A stretch of DNA of 64,000 bases from an uncultured Ruminococcus sp. GTDB lineage: Bacteria; Bacillota; Clostridia; Oscillospirales; Acutalibacteraceae. The notes beneath the pieces are model-generated. The model was not told the origin of the DNA. It made no database searches and saw only the letters and a program-made list of their open reading frames with translations. A program made the position numbers and the translations under genes. The stretch spans positions 1,864-65,863 of the forward strand of contig CADAEZ010000005.1 of assembly GCA_902787145.1 (NCBI GenBank), written 5' to 3'. Of the stretch, positions 20,194 to 30,750 are shown piece by piece; position 1 is the first letter of the stretch, and every line of letters starts with the position of its first letter.

Positions 20194-21408
20194 TTATTCC
20201 CCGCTTATTATTGCTTTTACCTCGCCGTCTGACAAGGTGATTATGATTTCATCTCCGGGTTTTAGTTCTTTTACAGAATTAACAATCCTGTTATCCTTTT
20301 TCGTATAGGAAAAACCGCGGCTCAGAACCGATTTAGGATTGAGCGCTTCGACCTTTGCCGACAGCTTCTCGACTCTCTCGGACTGAGAACTGAGCTTCGA
20401 CGCCGAAAACGATCTAAGCTTTTCGGCGTACAGCTCGTAGGTCTTTATAAGCCTCTCACGCTTTTTAGCCGGCGAATACCGGTTAAGCGCGGATTCGTAG
20501 CTTTTAAATCGGGATTTCAGCTTTAAATACTTTGAATCCATAAGTGTGGACAGATACTGGCACTGGGAGTCTAAATACGACCTCAGTTCCTCAACATCCG
20601 GCACGGCAAGCTCCGCCGCTGCCGACGGCGTAGGCGCTCTGAGGTCAGATACAAAGTCGCAGATCGTAAAGTCCGTCTCGTGACCTACCGCCGAAATCAC
20701 CGGAATATTGGACGCGTAAATCGCGTATGCCAGATTCTCGTCGTTAAAAGCCCACAAATCCTCTATAGAACCTCCGCCTCTGCCGATGATTATAACGTCG
20801 GCGCAGTCGTACTCGTTAAAAAGATTTACAGCGTTTATAAGCTGACCGGGCGCCATATTGCCCTGTACCAGCACCGGACACAGCACGATTTCCGCCGAGG
20901 GGTATCTTCGTGTGATGATATTGCGTATATCCTGCACAGCTGCTCCCGTGGGAGATGTGATTACACCAACGGTTTTGGGGAATTTTGGAATGGGCTTTTT
21001 ATGCTCCGCGGCAAAAATCCCCTTTTGCTCCAGCTTTTTCTTTAGCTGTTCATACTGCATTGTAAGCGCGCCGATACCGTCGGGCTGCATATCCTCGATG
21101 TAAATCTGATATCCGCCCGTAGGCTCGTAGAGCGACACCCTGCCCCTGGCGATAACCTTCATTCCTTCCTCCGGCCTGAACCGCAGGTTACGCGCGTTGC
21201 CGGCGAACATAACAGCCCTTACAACGGCTCTCTCGTCCTTCAGGCTGAAATAGATGTGACCGCTCCTGTAGTGGTCGGTAAGGTTGCTGATCTCGCCTGT
21301 TACAAAAACGTTCATAAGACGCGCATCGTTGTCGAGCATCGACTTTACGTAATAATTAAGTTGTGATACCGAGATTATCCTCGGTTTTACAAACTCAGGT
21401 GTCTCCAT
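20194..21408 (-). CDS. xseA: Exodeoxyribonuclease VII large subunit
   Basis: GEISN, SGHIYFSLKD, GRGGGSIEDLWAFN, AVGHETD, RAPTPSAAAE. Confidence 0.96.
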   Translation of the reverse strand: METPEFVKPRIISVSQLNYYVKSMLDNDARLMNVFVTGEISNLTDHYRSGHIYFSLKDERAVVRAVMFAGNARNLRFRPEEGMKVIARGRVSLYEPTGGYQIYIEDMQPDGIGALTMQYEQLKKKLEQKGIFAAEHKKPIPKFPKTVGVITSPTGAAVQDIRNIITRRYPSAEIVLCPVLVQGNMAPGQLINAVNLFNEYDCADVIIIGRGGGSIEDLWAFNDENLAYAIYASNIPVISAVGHETDFTICDFVSDLRAPTPSAAAELAVPDVEELRSYLDSQCQYLSTLMDSKYLKLKSRFKSYESALNRYSPAKKRERLIKTYELYAEKLRSFSASKLSSQSERVEKLSAKVEALNPKSVLSRGFSYTKKDNRIVNSVKELKPGDEIIITLSDGEVKAIISGE

Positions 21409-22330
21409 TTTTTATCTTTCTCGATGTAAGATACGCTACTCCCGCGGCGTTGTCGGAGGAAAACTCCGGCTCGGCAAAGGCGGCGCCGTATCTTTCTGTA
21501 ATAGTTTTTCGGATAATTGAATTCGACATAACTCCGCCTGCGAAAACAAGCGGCAGCTTTCCGTATTTTTCGAGCAGTCTGTCTGTCATTTCGCACAGGG
21601 TTTGCTCGATGTACTTTATACAAAAGCAGGATATTTTTTCTTTAGAAGAATTATTATCATACATATTACGGCAGAGATTCTCCAGTCCGCTCAGGCAGCA
21701 GTCAGCGCCTTTAAGCGTAGGCTTTACCTTTATTTCTCCGTCGAATTTAAGCGCGAGTTTTTCGAGCTCAGGACCGCACGGAAAGTCCAGTCCGAGCATA
21801 AGCCCTACCCTGTCGACCGCCTGTCCGGCGTTAAGGTCAAGCGTATCGGCTGCGAGCTCAAGTCTGAATCCTCCGTTATCGGGAGTCGCGAGCACCGCCT
21901 CGGTAGTTCCTCCGCTGACGTGAAAGGCTAAAAACTCACGCCCGAAAAGCTCCGGCTTTTTCGCGCTGTAAAGAGCCGCGGCAATATGTCCCTCCTGATG
22001 AGAAAACTCAAGAAGCGGTACCTTAAGCGTATCGGCAATAATCCGGGCAGCGTTATATCCAACCGAAAAGCACGGCATATACGAGCCCTCGACCGGTCTC
22101 GGACGGCTAGACACACCGACAGCTTCTATCATTCGCGTATCGGTATCCGCGACCAAGTCCGAATAAAGCCGCCACAGCCTTTGCGTATGATGAAACACAG
22201 CGTCGCTCTGGCGAAGTCCCAAACTTCCGCTTTTTACGGGCAACAGCTTTTTTCGTTGAATTATACTGTCGCCGTCCATCAGGGCGACTGAGGTTGTATA
22301 GTTGCTTGTGTCGATTCCAAGAAAGCTCAT
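21395..22330 (-). CDS. TsaD/Kae1-like (M22) ASKHA-fold protein
   Basis: LGIDTSNYTTS, SHQEGH, HVSGGTTE, GQAVDR, GGVMSN, SSDNA. Confidence 0.85.
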   Translation of the reverse strand: MSFLGIDTSNYTTSVALMDGDSIIQRKKLLPVKSGSLGLRQSDAVFHHTQRLWRLYSDLVADTDTRMIEAVGVSSRPRPVEGSYMPCFSVGYNAARIIADTLKVPLLEFSHQEGHIAAALYSAKKPELFGREFLAFHVSGGTTEAVLATPDNGGFRLELAADTLDLNAGQAVDRVGLMLGLDFPCGPELEKLALKFDGEIKVKPTLKGADCCLSGLENLCRNMYDNNSSKEKISCFCIKYIEQTLCEMTDRLLEKYGKLPLVFAGGVMSNSIIRKTITERYGAAFAEPEFSSDNAAGVAYLTSRKIKNGDT

Positions 22331-22728
22331 TCTCTCGACACTGCTCCCAGAACTCCGTTTATAAACCTGCTGTCGTCGTAACAGTATTTCTTGGCGAGCT
22401 CGACTGCCTCGTTAATCGCCACGCTGTCGGGAACACTGTCCTCGTACTTCATCTCGTATACAGCGAGACGCATTACGGCGAGGCTGGTTTTTGAGATTCT
22501 GTTAAGGCTCCAGCCCTTTTTCAGGTGGGCGGAAATCTCGCCGTCTATCTCATCCTTATGCTCCTCGACGCCGTTTACAAGGCACACGGCATAGTCATCA
22601 AATTCAAGCTCCCTGCTCTCGCAGGCGTTCTCGATTATTTCTTCTATCGGCTCAGGGTGAAACAGCTTTTCGAAAATAAGAAAAAAGCCCTGTTCCCTCG
22701 CCTTAAAACGTGAAATCTTGTTTTCCAT
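22327..22728 (-). CDS. nusB: Transcription antitermination factor NusB
   Basis: R..ARE, W..NRI, RLAVYE, VAINEAVELAKKY, FINGVLG. Confidence 0.95.
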   Translation of the reverse strand: MENKISRFKAREQGFFLIFEKLFHPEPIEEIIENACESRELEFDDYAVCLVNGVEEHKDEIDGEISAHLKKGWSLNRISKTSLAVMRLAVYEMKYEDSVPDSVAINEAVELAKKYCYDDSRFINGVLGAVSRE

Positions 22729-22879
22729 AATATCCCTGCTTTGCGTTAAAAATAATTAAATTTATTATATCACATATGTTTTAAAAAGTAAATAAAGGAG
22801 TTGCCGCAAATTACGGCAACTCCGGGTATGAAGCTATACGGTAAACCGGCGTATTTGGAATAATCCCGCCGCCGAAAGC

Positions 22880-23173
22880 TTAATGATAATATTTGGCGAT
22901 TTTCCTCAGCCTGTGCTTTGCGCTTTGGATATGCCTTGTGATTGTAGACGGAGCTACTCCGAGCTCTTCGGCAATCTTCTTCATACTTTTGCCGTTGTAG
23001 TAATGCTCGTATATACAATGCCGCTGCTTGTTTGTCAGCTCCTCCTTGATAGCCTTTCTCATAATAGCGTACATTATCTTTCTGTCCTGACTGTTATCAC
23101 CTGCATCGTCATACTCGTAAGAATAAAGCAATTTGTCGAGATCCTCGCTTAACGGCAGGATTCTATGCAGCAT
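22880..23173 (-). CDS. Stand-alone sigma-70 region 4 HTH protein
   Basis: LT.KQR..I...YY.G.S...IA.ELGV..STI.RH...A..RL; no region 2. Confidence 0.8.
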   Translation of the reverse strand: MLHRILPLSEDLDKLLYSYEYDDAGDNSQDRKIMYAIMRKAIKEELTNKQRHCIYEHYYNGKSMKKIAEELGVAPSTITRHIQSAKHRLRKIAKYYH

Positions 23174-23396
23174 TATCGCCAGCTCCTCCGGCTCGTTCCC
23201 TTAGCATTTTTCCGGTATTCAGTATATCGTAATATATGTTTCGGTACGAAAATATGATCGTGTTGATTTTCTCAAGATTTCTGTTGCTGCTGTTCTTAGC
23301 GATAGCTTCGTATTTTCTGATTGTTTTCTTTAAGTTTTCCGCGTCGCGAAAGTATTCGTCTGACCATTCTTTGTAGTTCATAATTAGTCCTTTCAT
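23163..23396 (-). CDS. Hypothetical helical protein (start may be 23381)
   Basis: 77-aa ORF overlapping the sigma-R4 gene start; AAGGA RBS before MNYKEW; downstream of a sigmaA promoter. Confidence 0.7.
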   Translation of the reverse strand: MKGLIMNYKEWSDEYFRDAENLKKTIRKYEAIAKNSSNRNLEKINTIIFSYRNIYYDILNTGKMLRERAGGAGDNAA

Positions 23397-23436
23397 TCGT
23401 TACTCGGAGGTATCGGGGCTCATATCTCCTGATAAT

Positions 23437-23487
23437 ATTATAGCAGAACTTTTGTTCTATTTCAATAGAATATCGAATATTTGTTCG
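23437..23487 (-). promoter_or_regulatory. SigA promoter with two LexA (Cheo) boxes
   Basis: TTGAAA(23465-23460)-17-TATAAT(23442-23437); AGAACTTTTGTTCT (23445-23458) lies within the spacer; CGAATATTTGTTCG at 23474-23487. Confidence 0.8.
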
Positions 23488-23515
23488 AATTTATATCAGA
23501 GTCCCATTGTCAGTA

Positions 23516-23796
23516 CTCAGGTGTCCTGAGAGCCAAAGCTGCCTTTGGAAATCTTTCTGTGATCGGAAAGGTTCATCAACGGCAGGTCGAGCGATTGGAT
23601 AAATTTTTAATGCAACTGTTTAACGAGCCGTAAGAGCCTGTGCTGCCTTTGGACAGGTTGGTATTATCAGAAAAGTTCATCAACGGCAGGTCGAACGATT
23701 GGATTTGTATTAATCACAGCGGTAAGTACGAGCCGTGAGAGCCTGTGCTGCCTTTGGACAGATTGATATAATTAAAAAAGTTCATCAACGGCAGGT
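23516..23796. repeat. Tandem array of three ~105-bp structured units with two conserved blocks and variable inserts
   Basis: GAGCC-NNN-GCTGCCTTTGGA-N21-GTTCATCAACGGCAGGTCG with GCTGCC at 23538, 23642, 23747; linker CGATTGGAT-N22/23-ACGAGCCGT occurs twice. Confidence 0.9.
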
Positions 23797-23883
23797 CGGA
23801 AATTTATACTAATCCGCGCGAAGCGCATATAAATCCGGTCGGGCACTAAACATTTCTCACATATGACGCTGACTGCACGACAT

Positions 23884-23918
23884 TCACTGACCACTGATCA
23901 CTGGCAACTAATCACTAA
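23884..23918. repeat. Degenerate heptamer tandem repeat
   Basis: TCACTGA CCACTGA TCACTGG CAACTAA TCACTAA. Confidence 0.6.
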
Positions 23919-23987
23919 ACAAAAAACAGACAACACTTCCAAAGAAGCATTGTCTGTAATAAATCTAATTACGAATTCCTAATTGAA

Positions 23988-24845
23988 TTAGTCCTCCAGC
24001 TTTGGAGGCTCGTTTAAGAATGTCTTTTTCTTCATCGACAGGCCGTCAAACTTTAGCCTCATAGAGATCCTTCCGTTAAATACCTTACGGCACTTGGGAC
24101 AGCGGAACTTGGCTACAAAGTTTTTGTTCTTCACCTTAAAATGCGTGAGCTGTTCCGCTCTGATATGGCATTCGTCGCATATAAAGTAAAGCTGACTTTT
24201 GTCGACCAGAGGGTTGTTGATGTCGGTGATGTGCTTGTTCTTAAATGTTATTTTTCTGTAAAATTCGTCGTCCGCGTCGCATACGTACTCGTAGAATTTC
24301 TCCTCGTCATATGTCTTTTTCAGACATTCGAGGCTGAGCAGAGCGTCGGTATATGCCCTGTGAAGTTCCTCCTCGTCGCTCTTTATACCAAGCATCTCGG
24401 CGCAGTTTATCAGTCCGAGCTGTGCCGCGGGATTGTGAACATCAAGCTGATACTCGCAGTATTCCTGCAGGTTACAGTATTTTTTCAGGAAGGGTATCTC
24501 GCTGTCGCCGGTAAAATAGCTGAAATTATCCATCAGCGTCAGGATGTCCGACGTACCCCACGTCAGGATCACGCAGTTTTCCGAGAACTTCATAAACTCA
24601 TACGCGGCGTTCATAAATCCCACGCCTTCCTCAAAAAGCTCTTCGTTAGAAATATGAGTCAAAGACGCGATATGGCTCGACAGCTTCTTACCTATTTCGG
24701 GCTTTACAAGCATCGAGAAGGTATCCTTGACATCCATATTTTCGTCAACCTTGACGGCGCCGAACTCGATAATCTCGTTCACGTAGTGATGAACCTTCTT
24801 GCTGTAGGAGCCGTTCCATTCCAAATCTAAAATTACAATATCCAT
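23988..24845 (-). CDS. DEDDh 3'-5' exonuclease (KapD/ERI-1-like) with C-terminal Zn-ribbon
   Basis: ILDLEWN, EIIEFGAV, WG..D, HRA..DA; CDEC..CPKC. Confidence 0.85.
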   Translation of the reverse strand: MDIVILDLEWNGSYSKKVHHYVNEIIEFGAVKVDENMDVKDTFSMLVKPEIGKKLSSHIASLTHISNEELFEEGVGFMNAAYEFMKFSENCVILTWGTSDILTLMDNFSYFTGDSEIPFLKKYCNLQEYCEYQLDVHNPAAQLGLINCAEMLGIKSDEEELHRAYTDALLSLECLKKTYDEEKFYEYVCDADDEFYRKITFKNKHITDINNPLVDKSQLYFICDECHIRAEQLTHFKVKNKNFVAKFRCPKCRKVFNGRISMRLKFDGLSMKKKTFLNEPPKLED

Positions 24846-24847
24846 TA

Positions 24848-26668
24848 TTATTTCTTTCTGAACTGCTGTTTCATTCGTTGTTCCTTAGACAGAATCATTT
24901 TTCTCATTCGAATGTTATTAGGCGTAACCTCGACGAGCTCGTCGTCAGCGATAAACTCCAGACACTGCTCAAGCGACAATGTAGTCGGCGGAGTGAGCTT
25001 CAGCGCGTCGTCGGAGCCTGAGGCACGCGTATTGGTAATATGCTTTTTCTTGCAGACATTCACGACTATATCGTCGCTCTTGGGCGAAGCGCCGACAATC
25101 ATTCCCTCATAAACCGGCACGCCGGGGCCTATAAACAGTCGTCCCCTGTCCTGAACCTGGAAGAGTCCGTACGCTACGCTGTCGCCTGTCTCAAAGGCTA
25201 CGAGCGAGCCCTGGTGACGGGTGATAATCTCACCCTTGAACGGCTCGTAGCTGTCGAAAACGTGGTTCATAATGCCGTTGCCGTTTGTATCGGTGAGGAA
25301 CTCCGGACGATAGCCCATAAGTCCCCTGGACGGAATCTTGAACTCGATATGTGTGACTCCGCTCTCTCTTGTTCCCATATTTATCAGCTCAGCCTTGCGG
25401 CTTCCCAGTTTCTCCATAACGGCTCCGACGTAGTTGTCGGGAACCTCTATCATAAGATATTCGATAGGCTCGCACATTACTCCGTCGATTATCTTGGTGA
25501 TAACCTGCGGACGGCTTACCTGGAACTCGTAGTTTTCTCTCCTCATAGTCTCGATAAGGATAGAAAGGTGGAGCTCACCCCTGCCGGATACCTTAAAGGT
25601 ATCGGCGCTGTCGGTCTCCTCAACCCTGAGCGCTATGTTGGTCTCTATCTCCTTAAACAGTCTGTCGCGGATGTTACGCGAGGTGACGTACTTGCCGTCC
25701 TGACCCGCGAAAGGCGAGTTGTTTACTATAAAGTTCATAGTAACGGTCGGCTCGTCGATCTTTACAAAAGGCAGCGGATCTACATTCTCGACGTCGCATA
25801 TAGTCTCGCCGATGTTGATGTCGCCGATACCGCTTACACATACTATGTCGCCGACTGTAGCGATGTCGCTCTCTACCCTTTTAAGTCCCTCAAACTGATA
25901 GAGCTTTGCTACCTTTACGTTGGTTGTAGTTCCGTCGCTGTGGCACAGTACAGCCTGCTGACCGTTTTTGACGGTACCGCGCTCTACCCTGCCGACGCCT
26001 ATTCGTCCGATAAACTTATCGTAGTCGATATTGGAAAGCAAAAGCTGCAATCCGCCGTCGGGATCGCCCTCGGGAGCCGGAATCTCGTTCAGAATAGCGT
26101 CAAACAAGGGCTGCATATTGCCCTCTCGCACATCGGGATCGACCGAGGCGTAGCCGTCTCTGGCCGAGGCGTAAACCACAGGGAACTCAAGCTGATCCTC
26201 GTCGGCTCCCAGCTCGATAAACAAATCGAGAACCTCGTCGACAACCTCCTCCGGACGGGCTCCGGGACGGTCGATTTTGTTGAGCACAACCAGCGGCTTT
26301 TTACCGAGGCCGAGCGCCTTTTTTAATACAAATCTGGTCTGGGGCATACAGCCCTCAAAGGCGTCAACCAGCAGCACTACGCCGTCCACCATCATAAGTA
26401 TACGCTCAACCTCGCCGCCGAAATCGGCATGTCCGGGAGTGTCTACTATATTGATCTTTGTGCCGTTGTACATTACGGCTGTATTCTTGGAGAGAATGGT
26501 AATACCCCTCTCTCTTTCGAGATCGTTGGAGTCCATTACCCTCTCGTTAACTTCTTCGTTTTCGCGGAAAATACCGCTCTGCTTCAAAAGCTCGTCAACC
26601 AGCGTAGTCTTGCCGTGGTCAACGTGGGCGATAATCGCGATATTCCTGAGGTTTTCTCTCGTACTCAT
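24848..26668 (-). CDS. typA: Translational GTPase TypA/BipA
   Basis: [50 protein letters not shown]. Confidence 0.97.
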   Translation of the reverse strand: MSTRENLRNIAIIAHVDHGKTTLVDELLKQSGIFRENEEVNERVMDSNDLERERGITILSKNTAVMYNGTKINIVDTPGHADFGGEVERILMMVDGVVLLVDAFEGCMPQTRFVLKKALGLGKKPLVVLNKIDRPGARPEEVVDEVLDLFIELGADEDQLEFPVVYASARDGYASVDPDVREGNMQPLFDAILNEIPAPEGDPDGGLQLLLSNIDYDKFIGRIGVGRVERGTVKNGQQAVLCHSDGTTTNVKVAKLYQFEGLKRVESDIATVGDIVCVSGIGDINIGETICDVENVDPLPFVKIDEPTVTMNFIVNNSPFAGQDGKYVTSRNIRDRLFKEIETNIALRVEETDSADTFKVSGRGELHLSILIETMRRENYEFQVSRPQVITKIIDGVMCEPIEYLMIEVPDNYVGAVMEKLGSRKAELINMGTRESGVTHIEFKIPSRGLMGYRPEFLTDTNGNGIMNHVFDSYEPFKGEIITRHQGSLVAFETGDSVAYGLFQVQDRGRLFIGPGVPVYEGMIVGASPKSDDIVVNVCKKKHITNTRASGSDDALKLTPPTTLSLEQCLEFIADDELVEVTPNNIRMRKMILSKEQRMKQQFRKK

Positions 26669-26925
26669 CCAATCAAGTCCTTTTCTCCATAAAATTACAC
26701 ATTCTAAAGAATTATAACACCAAAAGCTTAATTTTTCAACTTGTTATTTGCAATAGGATAGCCAAAATGACGTAAAAATTTTGTACAATTATTATACTTT
26801 GTGTTTACGCGGCAGATAGTATACAATATTTTGTGTTTCTACTCTTTACTTTCGCTCTGATTTGTGATACAATATCAAGCGTATATGTATATACTATAAC
26901 TATGTAAAAAACAGGAGGTTATTTT

Positions 26926-28857
26926 ATGGGTTTAACTATTGCTCAGAAAATCATCAAAAACCATATCGTGGAAGGCGAAATGGTTGTAGGCTCCGACATC
27001 GGACTGAAAATCGACCAGACTCTTACTCAGGACGCTACGGGAACAATGGCATATCTCGAATTTGAGGCTATCGGAGTTCCCAGGGTCAAGACCGAGAAGA
27101 GCGTAGCTTACATAGACCACAACACACTGCAAACAGGATTTGAGAACGCGGACGACCACCGCTTTATCCAATCTGTATGTAAAAAACACGGAATATACTT
27201 CTCAAGACCCGGTAACGGAATCTGTCACCAGGTTCACCTTGAGCGCTTCGGCAAGCCGGGCAAAACTCTTATCGGCTCCGACAGCCATACTCCCACAGGC
27301 GGCGGTATCGGTATGCTCGCCATCGGCGCCGGCGGACTGGACGTAGCTGTTGCAATGGGCGGAGGAGCTTACTATATCACAATGCCCCAAATGGTTAAGG
27401 TAAACCTTACCGGCGCTTTGAAGCCGTGGGTATCCGCCAAGGACATCATCCTCAAAGTACTTGAGGTTATGAGCGTAAAGGGCGGCGTAGGCAAGATAGT
27501 AGAGTACGGCGGAGACGGTATCAAAACCCTCTCTGTACCCGAAAGAGCTACCATCACCAATATGGGAGCCGAGCTGGGCGCCACTACCTCAATCTTCCCC
27601 TCTGACGAAATCACAAGAGAATTCTTAAAGGCGCAGGGTCGCGAGGAGGACTTCACCGAGCTGAGCTCCGACGCCGACGCCGAGTACGACGAAATTATAG
27701 ACATCAACCTCTCTGAGCTTGAGCCTCTGGCTGCCTGTCCTCATTCACCCGACAACATCAAACCTATCAAGGAGCTTGCCGGACAGAAGATCAATCAGGT
27801 ATGTATCGGCTCCTGCACAAACTCGTCCTACAGAGATATGATGCGTGTAGCGTCTATCCTCCGCGGCAAGACCGTAGCCGACGGCGTAAGCCTTTCGATC
27901 GCTCCGGGCTCAAAGCAGGTGCTTAATATGCTTGCTCTCAACGGCGCGCTCGGCGATATGATCGCTGCAGGCGCGAGGATACTTGAATCAGCCTGCGGTC
28001 CGTGTATCGGTATGGGTCAGTCGCCAAACTCAGGCGGTATCTCACTTCGAACCTTTAACCGTAACTTTGAGGGACGCTCCGGCACAAAGGATGGCCAAAT
28101 CTACCTGGTATCTCCCGAAACCGCCGCGGCATCCGCTCTTACGGGCGTATTCACCGACCCGACTACTCTCGGCGATGAAGAAGCTATCGAAATGCCCGAA
28201 AAATTCCTTATCAACGACAATATGGTTATCGCACCGGCTCCCGTCGAGGAAATGGACAGCATCGAAATCCAGAGAGGTCCGAACATCAAGCCATATCCCG
28301 AGACCTCACCTCTCGCCGATAAGATTGAGGCAAGCTGCTCGCTAAAGGTCGGCGACAACATCACCACAGACCATATTATGCCCGCGGGAGCAAAGATTCT
28401 TCCGCTGCGCTCCAATATCCCGAAAATCTCACAGCACTGCTTCACCGTATGCGACCAGCACTTCCCCGAAAGAGCCAAGATGCTCGGCGAAAGCATTGTT
28501 GTAGGCGGCGAAAACTACGGCCAGGGCTCGTCGCGTGAGCACGCCGCTCTCGCTCCGCTTTATCTCGGAGTAAAGGCTGTACTCGTAAAGAGCTTCGCCC
28601 GTATCCACAGAGCCAACCTTATCAACGCCGGTATCCTTCCGCTCACCTTCGTAAATCCCGACGATTATGACAAAATCAACCTCGGCGACCTTATCGCTCT
28701 TCCCTATCTTAAGGAAGAGATCCTCAAAGGCTCGAACATCACAGTTGTTAACAAAACTCTTGACGAAAAATTCGAGGCCGTATGTGAGCTCACCGACAGA
28801 ACAAGAGACATCATTATCGCGGGCGGACTGCTAGACTACACAAAGGAGAACAGCTGA
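26926..28857 (+). CDS. Aconitate hydratase
   Basis: [48 protein letters not shown]; coupled to icd. Confidence 0.92.
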   Translation: MGLTIAQKIIKNHIVEGEMVVGSDIGLKIDQTLTQDATGTMAYLEFEAIGVPRVKTEKSVAYIDHNTLQTGFENADDHRFIQSVCKKHGIYFSRPGNGICHQVHLERFGKPGKTLIGSDSHTPTGGGIGMLAIGAGGLDVAVAMGGGAYYITMPQMVKVNLTGALKPWVSAKDIILKVLEVMSVKGGVGKIVEYGGDGIKTLSVPERATITNMGAELGATTSIFPSDEITREFLKAQGREEDFTELSSDADAEYDEIIDINLSELEPLAACPHSPDNIKPIKELAGQKINQVCIGSCTNSSYRDMMRVASILRGKTVADGVSLSIAPGSKQVLNMLALNGALGDMIAAGARILESACGPCIGMGQSPNSGGISLRTFNRNFEGRSGTKDGQIYLVSPETAAASALTGVFTDPTTLGDEEAIEMPEKFLINDNMVIAPAPVEEMDSIEIQRGPNIKPYPETSPLADKIEASCSLKVGDNITTDHIMPAGAKILPLRSNIPKISQHCFTVCDQHFPERAKMLGESIVVGGENYGQGSSREHAALAPLYLGVKAVLVKSFARIHRANLINAGILPLTFVNPDDYDKINLGDLIALPYLKEEILKGSNITVVNKTLDEKFEAVCELTDRTRDIIIAGGLLDYTKENS

Positions 28858-30068
28858 TGGCGGATAAGATTTTAATGAAAACACCTCTCGTCGAGATGGA
28901 CGGTGACGAGATGACCAGAATCATATGGCAGCAGGTAAAGGACATCCTCATTCTGCCCTATGTTGATTTAAAGACCGAATACTACGACCTCGGACTGGAG
29001 AACCGGGAGAGAACCAAAGACAAGATCACTCTCGAAAGCGCCGAGGCGGCAAAAAAATACGGCGTAGCGGTTAAGTGCGCCACAATCACACCCAACGCCG
29101 CAAGAATGCCGGAATACAACCTCACACAAATGTGGAAAAGTCCAAACGGCACAATCAGAGCCGCGCTTGACGGCACAGTATTCCGCGCGCCGATACTCGT
29201 TAAGGGCGTTACCCCCTACATTCCCACCTGGACAAAACCAATCACAATCGCGCGTCACGCTTACGGCGATGTATATAAGAACACCGAAATGATAGTCGAA
29301 AAAGGCTCAAAGGCCGAGCTCACTGTAACCAAGCCCGACGGCACGACCGAGACCTCGCTGATTCACGAGTTTGAGTGCGACGGTATCATCCAGGGACTTC
29401 ACAACCTCGACGACAGTATCGCGTCCTTCGCCAGAGCGTGCTTCAACTTTGGACTCGACACCAAGCAGGACGTATGGTTCTCCACAAAGGATACAATCAG
29501 CAAGAAGTACGACCACCGCTTCAAGGATATTTTTGCGGAGATTTACGAAAACGAGTATAAGGATAAGTTTGAAAAAGCCGGAATCGAGTACTTCTACACC
29601 CTCATCGACGACGCTGTAGCGCGTGTAATCCGCTCCAACGGCGGCTACATATGGGCGTGCAAGAACTATGACGGCGACGTTATGAGCGATATGGTAGCCA
29701 CTGCCTATGGCTCGCTCGCTATGATGACTTCCGTGCTCGTATCACCGGACGGCATCTATGAGTATGAGGCCGCTCACGGCACCGTACAGCGCCATTACTA
29801 CAAGCACCTTAAAGGCGAGGAAACCTCGACTAACTCTGTAGCCACACTCTTCGCGTGGACAGGAGCCCTCAGAAAGCGCGGTGAGCTCGACGAGCTGCCC
29901 GAGCTTATGAACTTTGCGGACAAGCTGGAAAAAGCTATTATATCCACAATCGAAAGCGGAATTATGACAGGCGACCTCTACCTTATCTCGACTCTGGAAA
30001 ACAAAAAGAAGGTCAACACCACAGAATTCCTGGAGGCAGTTAACGAGAGCCTCAAAACCTTGTTATAA
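28857..30068 (+). CDS. icd: NADP-dependent isocitrate dehydrogenase
   Basis: [45 protein letters not shown]. Confidence 0.95.
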   Translation: MADKILMKTPLVEMDGDEMTRIIWQQVKDILILPYVDLKTEYYDLGLENRERTKDKITLESAEAAKKYGVAVKCATITPNAARMPEYNLTQMWKSPNGTIRAALDGTVFRAPILVKGVTPYIPTWTKPITIARHAYGDVYKNTEMIVEKGSKAELTVTKPDGTTETSLIHEFECDGIIQGLHNLDDSIASFARACFNFGLDTKQDVWFSTKDTISKKYDHRFKDIFAEIYENEYKDKFEKAGIEYFYTLIDDAVARVIRSNGGYIWACKNYDGDVMSDMVATAYGSLAMMTSVLVSPDGIYEYEAAHGTVQRHYYKHLKGEETSTNSVATLFAWTGALRKRGELDELPELMNFADKLEKAIISTIESGIMTGDLYLISTLENKKKVNTTEFLEAVNESLKTLL

Positions 30069-30113
30069 ATTCATTATAAACGCGTATATCATCGCGTTAC
30101 GGAAGGTAATATA

Positions 30114-30746
30114 ATGAACAAAAATATATCAAAATCAGTAATCAAGCGGCTTCCGCGGTATTATAGATTTTTGTGTGAGCTGGAGGAACAGGGCTGCGAC
30201 AGGGTAAGCTCCGGCAAGCTGTCCGAGATTATGCGTACTACCGCGAGCCAGGTAAGGCAGGATTTGAACCACTTCGGAGGCTTCGGGCACCAGGGCTACG
30301 GCTATTCGGTGCCCAGGCTGAAGGACGAGATCATCAACATCCTCGGCCTCAACAACACTCACGACGCGGTGCTTATCGGAGCCGGACATATCGGTACAGG
30401 TATCGCGGCACATATGAAGTTCGAGAATATGGGATTCAGGATTGCGGGGATTTTCGATTCAAACGACAAAATCATCGGCGACACAATCAACAGCATCCCT
30501 ATCTCCGACATAAAGACAATCAACGACTTTACTGTCGGCAGGGACATCAAGGCCGCCTTCCTGTGTATCCCCAAGGATGCCGCTCCCGAAGTTGTAAAAA
30601 ACCTTTATAACCTGGGAATCCGCTCCTTCTGGAACTTTACGCACTATGACATCCACGCTGACTATCCCGACGCTATCGTCGAGAACGTCCACCTCAGCGA
30701 TATGCTGATGACGCTTTGCTACAGTATGAACGAACAAGAGGATTGA
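30114..30746 (+). CDS. rex: Redox-sensing transcriptional repressor Rex
   Basis: KRLPRYYR, SQVRQDL..FG.FG..GYGY, GAG..G, WNF. Confidence 0.92.
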   Translation: MNKNISKSVIKRLPRYYRFLCELEEQGCDRVSSGKLSEIMRTTASQVRQDLNHFGGFGHQGYGYSVPRLKDEIINILGLNNTHDAVLIGAGHIGTGIAAHMKFENMGFRIAGIFDSNDKIIGDTINSIPISDIKTINDFTVGRDIKAAFLCIPKDAAPEVVKNLYNLGIRSFWNFTHYDIHADYPDAIVENVHLSDMLMTLCYSMNEQED

Positions 30747-30750
30747 GAAA

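Noticed and set aside
23634-23771. Peptide-coding repeat (EPVLPLDRL...)
   Set aside because: No RBS or start codon; in-frame stops in units 1 and 3; period of 104 breaks the frame.
23516-23796. CRISPR array interpretation
   Set aside because: Two alternating conserved blocks, 21-23-nt inserts that partly resemble each other and fold internally, only three units, no cas genes, and a solo copy in groESL.
23538-23796. Hammerhead ribozyme, C/D box or fluoride riboswitch (UUGAUGA on minus strand); cobalamin or glycine riboswitch fragments
   Set aside because: No GAAA/UH hammerhead core, no CUGA D box, no GGnGAUG 5' element and no GGGAA/GGUG B12 core; matches are only short words.
25040-26326. 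428-aa plus-strand ORF
   Set aside because: Antisense shadow of typA; no recognisable motifs.
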